Virus record (IMG/VR): IMGVR_UViG_3300037246_000990
Span: 55,600 to 119,599 of that record
Reading direction: 5' to 3' (one strand)
Length of the DNA stretch: 64,000 nt
Source: a virus
Shown: positions 55,889 through 64,000 of the stretch, piece after piece
How positions within the stretch are numbered: position 1 is the stretch's first letter
How the letters are laid out: each line of letters opens with the position of its first letter
Made by a program: the position numbers and the translations under genes
The notes under the pieces: model-generated
Told to the model about the DNA's origin: nothing
The model's database searches: none
Seen by the model: only the letters and a program-made list of their open reading frames with translations

Positions 55889-56440
55889 CTAGACTAGCTT
55901 TCCATGTGTTACCAACATACCTCCTCCGGGTAGGAAGAAGTTGTTACTTTTGAAGCCGTTACATTCACGGCATAAAATCTGTAGGTTCTCAAGAGTGCCA
56001 ACCCCACCATAAGAAACAGGGCGGATGTGATCAAACTGAAGTTCTTTGTCTGAGCCACAGAGTTGACAGATCTTGTCTCGTTCTTGGATTTGCTTGAGTA
56101 CTGCGATAGATGCTCCCTTTGACTTTCTTGCTCTGTTCTTTAGTCTGTAGTACTCGATGTTTTCGTGATACCGCTTTCTTTCGTAGGCTTGTTTCTTTTC
56201 TTTTCCGCGGGCTGTCTGTTTGTACTTCTTTGATGCAGCGTTTACGGATGCTTTTCCTTTAGCACTGCTACGGTACTTTCTAAGTGCTTTGTGTCCTTCT
56301 TTCGTTTTGCGACGCTTTGTAACCATCTCAACACGACACGGTTTACAGTACCCTTGAAGGCCGTCGTACCGTGATTTGTCTTTGGCGAATCCTTCTTCGT
56401 TTTTACTTGTATCACACTTCGGACAGTACTTCATTTGCAT
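55889..56440 (-). CDS. HNH endonuclease with N-terminal Zn finger
   Basis: CPKC..YCKPC; RDKICQLC..DHIRP..GG..NLQILCRECN. Confidence 0.88.
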   Translation of the reverse strand: MQMKYCPKCDTSKNEEGFAKDKSRYDGLQGYCKPCRVEMVTKRRKTKEGHKALRKYRSSAKGKASVNAASKKYKQTARGKEKKQAYERKRYHENIEYYRLKNRARKSKGASIAVLKQIQERDKICQLCGSDKELQFDHIRPVSYGGVGTLENLQILCRECNGFKSNNFFLPGGGMLVTHGKLV

Positions 56441-56482
56441 CTCCCTTGCATATGAATTGCGTATCACTAGCTATATAGTTTA

Positions 56483-56512
56483 ATTATAGCTTTTCTTTCA
56501 AACTTTTGCAAC
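56483..56512 (-). promoter_or_regulatory. Conserved promoter element copy D (identical to A and C, opposite strand)
   Basis: Reverse complement equals GTTGCAAAAGTTTGAAAGAAAAGCTATAAT. Confidence 0.88.
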
Positions 56513-56544
56513 ATAGGGCGAGAGGCGTAAGCCCCCCGCCCTAT
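56513..56544 (-). terminator. Strong hairpin downstream of the major capsid gene
   Basis: ATAGGGCGGGGGGC-TTAC-GCCTCTCGCCCTAT; poor U tract. Confidence 0.55.
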
Positions 56545-56580
56545 ATTATCACTATGTTACAGTACTTACTTGCTTACGGC

Positions 56581-57798
56581 TTAGTACGTCGGAGTTGTCA
56601 GACCAGTCAGCTTGGCTGTCTGGTTAGGCATTCTCGCAACATTTTCTCCGTAATATTTCATTAGCACTGTAAAGGCGTCCTGTCCGGGTACCCACGCCAT
56701 ATTCACGCGTTCGTCAATAGACAGTGGCCTAACAACGCCACGCACAATCGCACCAAGGTTCAACTGGAACACCTGATCCGGAAGAGCCTGATGCGAGATC
56801 AGCCAGGGACGGCCTTCAAACGTAGTCAGCTCTTGCTGTGCGCCCAACTCCAACCGCATGTCATTGAACCGACGGAAGGGCAAGGCGATTTCGGTGTAAC
56901 GATCATACTGTTCCCAGTTACTGATCATTGCGAAACCTTCAAGACTTCCAACATCGGTCTCAACCAAGAGCTGGCGACGCAGTCGGCGAAGCAGAGCTTC
57001 GTCAAGAGCCACCGAGCCCGCAGCGATTACCTTCGACTGAAGGATCGGATACGTGGTTCGAGAAAGGTTGTAGATGGTTCCGGTGGCCGACACGATTGCC
57101 GGGAGACCAAGAGCGGTCACTTCAGCCGGGGCCGAGGCCTCGGACTGCTCACCAGAGATGTAAATACCATCGTTAGCACTACCGGAACCAGTCACTGCAC
57201 TGGAAACCGTAATTGTCTTGCCGCTGATGGATCTAGAAACGACTGTTACCGGACCGAAGATCCGGAGGCCAGTCGAGTTACTCAGGCCAACAATGACTTG
57301 ACCAGAACGGAACGGTCGAGCGTCGTCCACTGCGATAGCGGTTACAGCACTCGGACTCGCCGACGTGTTGGTCAAACGTCCCGTACCGTCTCCCCGAAGG
57401 AAGTCAGTCTCGAAACGTGCGCCTGCGCGCTTGACAGCCTGACTAATTGCATCAGTAATGCCAGACGCGAAAGCATCTTCCCCGCCTCTAGCTGAAACTG
57501 CTTCAGCCAGACCAGAGAAGGTCACTGTGTGGTAATACTTCTTGGGTCGAACGCGTGCCTTCTTTACGTTCTCATTGCTTGCTGTCGGGAGGACATTGTC
57601 GTCCGTCGCACGCCAGCCACCACCCGCTTCGTTGCCCGCAATACGAATCGCGAAGTAAGCACCATCGCCCGAAGGCTGAAAATTGGTGTCTTCTTGGAGT
57701 TGCGTATAGATGGGCGCGGACAGATTCTGCATCTGAGCAATAAAGTCCACGATGTATCGACGCAGAAGCATATCACCAAGGGTGTTAAATGTAATCAT
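56581..57798 (-). CDS. Major capsid protein (HK97 fold, putative)
   Basis: 405 aa after the scaffold gene; LRGDGTG, IYNLSRTTYP and C-terminal PNQTAKLTGL; followed by a hairpin. Confidence 0.8.
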   Translation of the reverse strand: MITFNTLGDMLLRRYIVDFIAQMQNLSAPIYTQLQEDTNFQPSGDGAYFAIRIAGNEAGGGWRATDDNVLPTASNENVKKARVRPKKYYHTVTFSGLAEAVSARGGEDAFASGITDAISQAVKRAGARFETDFLRGDGTGRLTNTSASPSAVTAIAVDDARPFRSGQVIVGLSNSTGLRIFGPVTVVSRSISGKTITVSSAVTGSGSANDGIYISGEQSEASAPAEVTALGLPAIVSATGTIYNLSRTTYPILQSKVIAAGSVALDEALLRRLRRQLLVETDVGSLEGFAMISNWEQYDRYTEIALPFRRFNDMRLELGAQQELTTFEGRPWLISHQALPDQVFQLNLGAIVRGVVRPLSIDERVNMAWVPGQDAFTVLMKYYGENVARMPNQTAKLTGLTTPTY

Positions 57799-57820
57799 GG
57801 TTCAAAGCTCCTAAGTTGAG

Positions 57821-58759
57821 CTACTCTGCCTTCTCATGGGCCAACTTGAGAGTCTGTGATAGAACGGCATTGAATTCATCGTCACTCAGTTCAGGCTCGA
57901 CCACGGTCTTGCCTCCGACTTCCGTTTTCTTCAATCCGCCCCAAGGCAGCTTCATCAAGTCAGTCAACTCCTCAACGGGAGTTTGGGTAGACTCAGCAGC
58001 TTCAGGTGTCAACACTTCAACTTCTTCAGCATTGAACAACGCTCCACGGGGCATGCCATACTTGTCAATGGTCGCTTGAAAACCCTCAGTAAGGATTTCC
58101 GAGAGGCTCTCCGGTTCCGCGATTAAGGCGTCCCAGTTAACCTTCTCATGAAAGAGATCATTGATAACACCGAGGTCATCAGCGTTATACTCATCAGGTA
58201 GTGCATTCAGCAGCTTGTCAACAGTGGCATCAACTTTAGCTATCAGTTGATCGGCCTTAACATCGTCCTGAGAGTCTCGCAGCTCTGTCCGGGCCTCTTC
58301 AAGAAGGTCTCGGGTTTGTCGGACTGCGTCCTCCGGGGTTGTCTCGCCAGCGTTTACTTCCTCTTTGATAGCCTCAATCCCCTTGAGTTTTTGATCAATC
58401 GCGATAACGTGATCCTTCATCTCTGGGTCATTTATGAAACTTTTGATTTCATTGAGGGTAGCAACGTCTGTATCTTTAGCTTCCAGAATCTGTGTCAGTT
58501 CAACTAGCCTATCTTGCGACTTCGCAAGCTGATCGCGGGTCTCTGATGCTTCCAGTTTGGAGGCTTTCAGGGAGTCGTTGATCTCGTTGAAACGACTCTG
58601 AGGGACGCGGTTCTCTTCTTTGTCGTCTGTCTCAGTTGCAGCTTCTTCGGTGGGGGTTTCCAATTCTGTTTCTGGGGTCGATGATCCCTCCAGGGCACGC
58701 TGTAGCTTTGCTTCTACCTCGTCCTTGTTTACATCGGTTGTCTCGTCTTTGTCCTTCAT
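57821..58759 (-). CDS. Capsid scaffolding protein (putative)
   Basis: Very acidic coiled coil with RVPQSRFNEIN, directly upstream of the major capsid gene. Confidence 0.7.
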   Translation of the reverse strand: MKDKDETTDVNKDEVEAKLQRALEGSSTPETELETPTEEAATETDDKEENRVPQSRFNEINDSLKASKLEASETRDQLAKSQDRLVELTQILEAKDTDVATLNEIKSFINDPEMKDHVIAIDQKLKGIEAIKEEVNAGETTPEDAVRQTRDLLEEARTELRDSQDDVKADQLIAKVDATVDKLLNALPDEYNADDLGVINDLFHEKVNWDALIAEPESLSEILTEGFQATIDKYGMPRGALFNAEEVEVLTPEAAESTQTPVEELTDLMKLPWGGLKKTEVGGKTVVEPELSDDEFNAVLSQTLKLAHEKAE

Positions 58760-58867
58760 TACGCATCTCCTTTAACGCCTGGGAATGGCGGAAATGAAGC
58801 ATCTTTACGTGGGAGAGCGGGCCACAACGCAGCTAACTACGGTAGATACTTCGCACTCTCTCTCTTA

Positions 58868-58896
58868 ATTATAGGAAATCTGCAACAAAAGTGCAA
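58868..58896 (-). promoter_or_regulatory. TTGCAC-N17-TATAAT promoter for the scaffold/capsid operon
   Basis: Reverse complement TTGCACTTTTGTTGCAGATTTCCTATAAT; shares ATTTCCTATAATTA with the 43911 promoter. Confidence 0.8.
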
Positions 58897-58913
58897 CTCT
58901 TCCCATAAGATGA

Positions 58914-58979
58914 GGCCGCAGCAGGGATAGGAGGGAGAGCCGGTCCCTGCTGGGCCAGCCTGTGACCGTAATCACAGGC
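58914..58979. other. Pair of intergenic hairpins
   Basis: CAGCAGGGA/TCCCTGCTG (58919-58952) and GCCTGTGA/TCACAGGC (58958-58979). Confidence 0.65.
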
Positions 58980-58993
58980 GAAAATCAGTCTTT

Positions 58994-59200
58994 CTAGTCT
59001 CCCCTTGTAGTACCACCGCCTTGTCTAGTAACGCCACCTGCCTTTCCAGGGATGAAGGCTTTGTCGATGGTCTTGAACAAGGAACCTTCCTTCTCTCCCT
59101 TCTTGCGAGCCTTCTGTCGAAGCTTCAAGAGGGCCTTCTTGACGGCTTTCTTGTCGTCTGGGTTCAGCCACTTCAGAGCTTTAGAACTGGGGGTCAACAT
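58994..59200 (-). CDS. Small Lys-rich protein
   Basis: ORF tightly packed in the operon. Confidence 0.55.
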   Translation of the reverse strand: MLTPSSKALKWLNPDDKKAVKKALLKLRQKARKKGEKEGSLFKTIDKAFIPGKAGGVTRQGGGTTRGD

Positions 59201-59401
59201 TTAATCTACCTGATCCAGCAAGCGGCGCTGGTTTATGTTGAGACCGCCGCGTCCTTGCTTGGCGCCTTCTTTGAGGAGGTCTTTGACTTTTTCCTTCTTC
59301 TTAAGCTTGGCCTTCTCGGCATCAGTAGCTGCTGTGGCGTCTGCTTTATGCTTATCCAATAAAGCCAGAGCTTCGTCTAGCGTCAGTTTCTTATCGGGCA
59401 C
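59201..59401 (-). CDS. Small Lys-rich protein
   Basis: AAGGAG RBS and GTG start. Confidence 0.55.
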   Translation of the reverse strand: MPDKKLTLDEALALLDKHKADATAATDAEKAKLKKKEKVKDLLKEGAKQGRGGLNINQRRLLDQVD

Positions 59402-59617
59402 GGGGGGCTCCTTTTCTATTGTTGAGTTTGTTGTGAATCTTGTCGCTCACAACTCCATCTCTACTGCGCTTGTTCAGCTCCTCTTCAGCCGAGCCGGGGA
59501 ATACCTCCGGCGGGGGCTTAGGAGGTGCAAACGTTTCAGAGCCCTGGTCTAGGCCCATCTTCTCAGACAGGAGACCCTTCTTCTTTTTCTTCTTGGGCTC
59601 TTGTTCGTTGTTCAGCA
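59391..59617 (-). CDS. Small Lys-rich protein (MLNNEQEPKKKKKK..)
   Basis: ATG immediately after the stop of the upstream gene. Confidence 0.5.
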
Positions 59618-59803
59618 TTACTTCTTGCCTTTCTTCTTGGCCTTCCATTTCTCAAGCATGGCCTTGAACTTCTCTTTCCGGCTAACGGGCTTGTTTTCGT
59701 CCTTCTTAGCCATGCCCTTTTCGTAGCCTTTATTGGAATCCTTCTTATCTGCACCCTTCGGGTACTTGCCTTGAGACTTCAGAGTTCTAACTTTTGCTTT
59801 CAT
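59618..59803 (-). CDS. Small Lys-rich protein
   Basis: AGGAGAAGGA RBS. Confidence 0.6.
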   Translation of the reverse strand: MKAKVRTLKSQGKYPKGADKKDSNKGYEKGMAKKDENKPVSRKEKFKAMLEKWKAKKKGKK

Positions 59804-59812
59804 TTCCTTCTC

Positions 59813-60292
59813 CTATTTGACGTACTTGGCGTAGTAAGCAGAGAGCTTCATGCCACGTTGTTTAGCATTGCGCTTGAAGAAAGCTGTATCCTGCTTTAGG
59901 GATGTACCGCTTTTCATCTTCTTTTTCATCGAAGCTTTGTTCTCTTTCCTAGTAGTGCGGGCCGCTCGTTTAGCAGTTCTACGGTCAGTCTTGCGTTGTT
60001 TCTTGGCAGTCCGGGCCTTAATCTTGGCTGCTACTTTAGCATGATACTTGCCGACCGCGGCGAAGCCGCCTACTTCACCCTTGTCGCTTACCCTGTGGAA
60101 CTTTCTAACACTCTTGATAGCTCTACGGCGGTCTTTCTTAGACATTTCCTTGTCTTTCCTGTAACCCTTGACAGCAGCACGCCTCTCAGAGCGATGCTTT
60201 TTCCTTAGACTTTTAACTTCCTTTTGTTTGGCGCGCTTTTCAGCGATCTTTTTAGCCAAACTTTCTTTGCTCATATTGTTAAATGCTGACAT
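59813..60292 (-). CDS. Highly basic (K/R over one third) histone/protamine-like protein
   Basis: Amino-acid composition; GGAG RBS. Confidence 0.65.
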   Translation of the reverse strand: MSAFNNMSKESLAKKIAEKRAKQKEVKSLRKKHRSERRAAVKGYRKDKEMSKKDRRRAIKSVRKFHRVSDKGEVGGFAAVGKYHAKVAAKIKARTAKKQRKTDRRTAKRAARTTRKENKASMKKKMKSGTSLKQDTAFFKRNAKQRGMKLSAYYAKYVK

Positions 60293-60301
60293 TTCTGCTC
60301 C

Positions 60302-63300
60302 TTAGCGCCTCGACGCTTTTAGTTTTGCTTGTTCTCGTTCCCACCGTCGAGCTATTTCTTCGGTATCGTCGAGCGTCATTCGGGTTCCATCTGCCTTCAA
60401 GCCCTTCCTTGTACGGGTGGCTGCTTCTATGGTGCCGTATTTTGCCTTGTTGTATGCTGCTTCTCTCTTGGTCTTTTCAGACACGCTCTTGACTCTACTG
60501 TAGATGTCGCCTGCGAAAGCCCCTGCGGTCCAGCCCACTGCCAAAGAACCGCCTATCCGCGCGAGGCCACCAACTGCAGGCTTAAGGACTTTAGGTGCAG
60601 CCTTCCTCAACCCAGCGACGCCTGCTGTAAATAGCCCGAGGCTAGCCCCCACCTCGATACCAGATTCAAGCGCCTGTCCGCCTGCGGCTTTGATTCTTTC
60701 TCGCTGAGCACCTGAAGCATCCATGTAGGCGCTAGCAATTTCTGGTGCTGCGAACAAAGCAGTACCAGCACCTAGACCGGCTACGAGTCCACCGACAACC
60801 TTAGGCTTCTTGGCGCCTCGCATAACTGCACCGCTTAGTTTCTTGAAGGCTTCTGAGATGTTTGCTCCAACGTTAGACCCGATAGAAGGACTGGTCAAAG
60901 GTCTCGGTCTACCTGCTCGCTCTAGCGATCTTTTCCATATGTTAGGATCTTCAGCAATCCAGCCAACAGGCCGATCACGCGCGATCTTTTCACCAATCTT
61001 GAGATCCGGAGCGGGGCGCACTGTTCTGCCGCGTTCCGGTCCAATGTGCGGGCGTGTTCTACGCGGTGTGGGGCGCCTCTCCTGCTTGCCTTCCGCAGCA
61101 TCGGGCGTCCCTGTCGGGGAAGCTCTACGCTCAGGCGCCTTCTGTACGTCGCGTCTACTTGTCTCACCTCTGACGTGCCCACGGGCTTCTGTTCGGGGGA
61201 TAACCTTTTCGCCCGGGACCCTGGCACCTTCAGCCCGCTCGGACGCAGCTTTCGGGAACTGTCGGGTCTGCGCTTCTCTCGCCACTTCCTGGGTGAGTCC
61301 GTCACGCTGTCGCTTCAGTTTCTCAAGCGTTTCCTCAGCTTGGTACACCACGTTCGGATCGTTCTTCAGTCTCTTCTCAAAGTCAGAGATCCGCTTGTTC
61401 ATGCGCTCAAGGGTGTTCGCCTTGATCGGGTCTCCGCTGTATACCCTGACGTCGGGCATGAGATCGGCTTCCACATTCATCTGCGGTGTAAGCACGCGGC
61501 GCTGTGCCTTCGGGTCCCACGTTGACGTGGATTCCGTTATGCCGATACCTTGCTCAGCTCGTTCAATATCGAGTTGGAGCCGGGCAGACTCACGCGGAGC
61601 GGTATCTGTCGCACGTCGCTCTTTCTGTATACCCTTTAGCTCAAGCCTGTACTGCCTCAAGGTCTCCTTAGCGTTGGCGTCACCGCGAGCGGCACCGTCT
61701 TTCAGCTCACCAAGGTCGAGGTCTAGTAAGGTACGACCGCGTCTATCCGGGAGGCCACCAGGTCTCAGATTCTCAGGCTTCGCTAGCTCCTCACCGATGT
61801 CCACCGGCTTCCAAGTTGAACCCTTCTGGCGTCGGTCTCCACCAGTCTGCTTCTCACGGCGCGTGCCCTTCTTGGCACCAACCTGCTTGCCACCAACTCT
61901 CTCCTTGACGTCTGCTTCGGTGAGCAAGTCGCTCGCTTCAGCAGCGGTAGAGCGGGTTGCGAATCTCCGGCGTGTAGCTTCTCCAGATCTGCGCTCTCCA
62001 CCCTTACGTAGGTCTTCTTGGGCCTCCACAACGGTCTTCTCCAGAGCACCCCCTTCAAGGATACGGGTCTCGAACTCGCCTTCGGAACTGAGAAGAGATC
62101 GAACGATGCGCTGGCCTTTGAACTTAGCCACGTCGGCAGTGAGGGTATCTATAGGAGCACCGGCCGCTTCCTTCAGCTTCGCACCGAGTGTACTCTTTCG
62201 AGCCTCGGTCTCAGCAATTTGGACGCCCAGCGCCTTAGCGTCTAGCTTGGCTTGCTCAACCGGGGTGCGAGCAGCTTCAGCGTTCTTAGCCTTCTTATTC
62301 CACTCTTCAGTAGTCGCGTCGGCTTCAGGCGCTGTCCGTGCCGGGACCTTCCGGACGTCGATACCTTGCTCTCTGATAAGATCCTTAGTGGGGCGGCGCT
62401 GGATCGAGGGCGGCGTCACAGCCACAGCCTTCGGCTGCGCTCCTATAACAGCAGGATCGATTGCTGTGGAGGTCCCCTTCTTGAAGGAGCCTTGCTGCTC
62501 AATACGCTTTTGCTTCTCGTTATAGAACTTTTGCGCTGCCTTCTTCTGTTTAGCTGTCTCAGCCGTGGTCGGACCACCGGCCTCTGTCTGACCAAGGCTA
62601 GCTTCAAGTCGCCGCTGATACGCCGTACGCTCTTCCACGGTGGCGTTCTTCATCTTATCATCACTCCACGGAGTGAACTCTGCCTCTGTCTTAGCTGCAA
62701 CCTTGGTCGCCTCGGGACTGGTGTCATAGGGCCGACCAGCAGCAATACCCAGCGCATCTAGCGGCCTCTCAGGGAGCCGCTTGGGGGCTTCTTTGGCTAT
62801 ACGGCGTGCTGCGTCTGCGGTCGTGTACTGCTTAGCGTTTTCGATGGCGGCGAGGTCCGCGCCTAGGGGGTGCTCGACAGGCTTAGCCGGGGGCTTCGGT
62901 GCGGCCTTTTGGGGAACCGGGGGCTTGGGTGTAATCACCTTGGCCGGGTCGTACCTTGAAGGCCGTCCGCTGTATGTAGTTCCTTCCTTCTTAGCCTTGA
63001 GCTTAGCGTTCAACTCCCTCGCAGTCTCCAGCTTCTTTGCGAGCTTTGTATCTACGGCCGGGGCCTTGGCTGCTTTCTCTCTTGCTACTGTTGCCGGGAG
63101 GGCGCGTCCTCGCCTGTCAGAACCACGGGCACGTCGAGTACCCTGCTTAGGTGCCTTGCCAACTTCACCAGCTTTAGCCCTGCTTGGCTGGTCTCGGCGA
63201 CCTGTTACCCTTTGCTCACCTTGGCGGCGTTCATCAGGTGTGGTCTCCAGCTTCTGCTCGGACTGTATGTTCGGGGAAGCTTCGGCTCTATGGATGGCTG

Positions 63301-64000
63301 TCTGTAGTCGCGCAGCCTCCTGTCTGGTGCGGGCGATGTCGCGTTGCTTAACTGCATCCGCGTCTACTGGGGTAGTGATAGTAGGCTTCTTGGCTTCACT
63401 ACCGCCAAGCTTGACGTTCTTCTTCCGCTCGGCTGCGAGATCCTTCTTGAGCTTCGAACCAGCCGCCTTGGCCTCCGTCCGAGCGCGACCAGTCTCGATT
63501 CGCGCTTCAAGCTCCTTCTGCCTGGCTTGGAGCTGATCGGGAGCTAGGTCTTCAAACTCACCAACCGCTACTGCGGGCTTATCTACGGGGGTTACGATAG
63601 CACTCTTCGCGGCCTTCTTTTCAGCGGCAGCGACAGGGCTAGCTGCGTCAGCAATCTGACGGGTGAGGGATGCTGCCTGCTTCTTAGCTGCGCTGACAGT
63701 AGCAGTAACCGCACGGCCCGGGGCTTTCACGGTACGCGTTATGCGACCTTCGGGCTTGGCCTCAGCCTTGGGCTTATCGACAGGGGTAACGATAGCCTTG
63801 GGTGTAGCTTGGCGCGTGGCTTTCCTAGACGCCTGGATTTCAGCGAGTTCGGCATCAGGCTTAAACGCTTCACGGACACGCTGGAACTTGCTTTGCTTAG
63901 CAGGTGCGTTAGGAGGTGTACCTTCCGGTACGGGTATTGGCCTATCAGTAGAACGCCGCCCGGTCGGATCGGGGATATTGGTATCTAGCTTCCGCCGTTC
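60302..64000 (-). CDS. Giant low-complexity basic protein (>1230 aa, 5'-truncated by the window)
   Basis: The frame is open from 64000 (ERRKLDTNIPDPTGRRSTDR..). A/K/R/P/E-rich with hydrophobic Gly/Ala segments near the C-terminus. Confidence 0.75.
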   Translation of the reverse strand, partial: ERRKLDTNIPDPTGRRSTDRPIPVPEGTPPNAPAKQSKFQRVREAFKPDAELAEIQASRKATRQATPKAIVTPVDKPKAEAKPEGRITRTVKAPGRAVTATVSAAKKQAASLTRQIADAASPVAAAEKKAAKSAIVTPVDKPAVAVGEFEDLAPDQLQARQKELEARIETGRARTEAKAAGSKLKKDLAAERKKNVKLGGSEAKKPTITTPVDADAVKQRDIARTRQEAARLQTAIHRAEASPNIQSEQKLETTPDERRQGEQRVTGRRDQPSRAKAGEVGKAPKQGTRRARGSDRRGRALPATVAREKAAKAPAVDTKLAKKLETARELNAKLKAKKEGTTYSGRPSRYDPAKVITPKPPVPQKAAPKPPAKPVEHPLGADLAAIENAKQYTTADAARRIAKEAPKRLPERPLDALGIAAGRPYDTSPEATKVAAKTEAEFTPWSDDKMKNATVEERTAYQRRLEASLGQTEAGGPTTAETAKQKKAAQKFYNEKQKRIEQQGSFKKGTSTAIDPAVIGAQPKAVAVTPPSIQRRPTKDLIREQGIDVRKVPARTAPEADATTEEWNKKAKNAEAARTPVEQAKLDAKALGVQIAETEARKSTLGAKLKEAAGAPIDTLTADVAKFKGQRIVRSLLSSEGEFETRILEGGALEKTVVEAQEDLRKGGERRSGEATRRRFATRSTAAEASDLLTEADVKERVGGKQVGAKKGTRREKQTGGDRRQKGSTWKPVDIGEELAKPENLRPGGLPDRRGRTLLDLDLGELKDGAARGDANAKETLRQYRLELKGIQKERRATDTAPRESARLQLDIERAEQGIGITESTSTWDPKAQRRVLTPQMNVEADLMPDVRVYSGDPIKANTLERMNKRISDFEKRLKNDPNVVYQAEETLEKLKRQRDGLTQEVAREAQTRQFPKAASERAEGARVPGEKVIPRTEARGHVRGETSRRDVQKAPERRASPTGTPDAAEGKQERRPTPRRTRPHIGPERGRTVRPAPDLKIGEKIARDRPVGWIAEDPNIWKRSLERAGRPRPLTSPSIGSNVGANISEAFKKLSGAVMRGAKKPKVVGGLVAGLGAGTALFAAPEIASAYMDASGAQRERIKAAGGQALESGIEVGASLGLFTAGVAGLRKAAPKVLKPAVGGLARIGGSLAVGWTAGAFAGDIYSRVKSVSEKTKREAAYNKAKYGTIEAATRTRKGLKADGTRMTLDDTEEIARRWEREQAKLKASRR

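Noticed and set aside
60810-63536. Long + strand ORFs (571 aa and 251 aa) opposite the giant protein
   Set aside because: Antisense shadows of a GC-rich low-complexity gene, with Ser/Arg/Leu-biased composition and no RBS or motifs.
1-64000. CRISPR array, tRNA or rRNA genes
   Set aside because: No regularly spaced repeat-spacer units or cloverleaf/T-loop context seen by eye, and the intergenic gaps are short. A tRNAscan run would be needed to exclude tRNAs fully.
1-64000. Alternative genetic code or stop-codon reassignment
   Set aside because: Conserved enzymes are full length in code 11, and TAA, TAG and TGA all end genes at plausible positions.
1-64000. Prophage/integration module
   Set aside because: No integrase, repressor or host housekeeping flanks seen; the content is phage-like throughout.

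Overview
The whole window looks like part of a large lytic dsDNA tailed-phage genome, most likely podovirus-like (P22-type adaptor/nozzle and ejection proteins; no tape-measure or sheath gene recognised). It uses the standard genetic code. Two convergent arms meet at ~37.13 kb. The + arm (1-37136) holds transcription, replication, recombination and nucleotide genes: sigma70-like factor, SF2 helicase, DNA ligase, RtcB, DnaB-like helicase, primase, UDG-fused PolA, gp32-like SSB, RecA, SbcCD-like pair, ClpP, MazG-like, deoxyribosyltransferase-like and AAA ATPase. It ends in four glycosyltransferase genes carrying six GT domains. The - arm (37133-64000) holds virion genes: a giant basic protein, Lys-rich small proteins, scaffold, major capsid, small decoration-like proteins, adaptor, nozzle, three FN3 proteins and three putative ejection proteins. 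Most notable: (1) a dispersed family of ~8 divergent small His-Cys/CxxC-P zinc-finger paralogues wedged between core replication genes; (2) a 30-bp TTGCAA-N17-TATAAT promoter repeated identically, spacer included, on both arms, alongside a sigma factor with altered recognition helices; (3) three separate triplets of paralogous virion proteins; (4) a GT cluster sharing that promoter with the decoration genes, suggesting virion glycosylation; (5) several enzymes with substituted catalytic motifs. All calls come from motif recognition by eye; no database searches were run.
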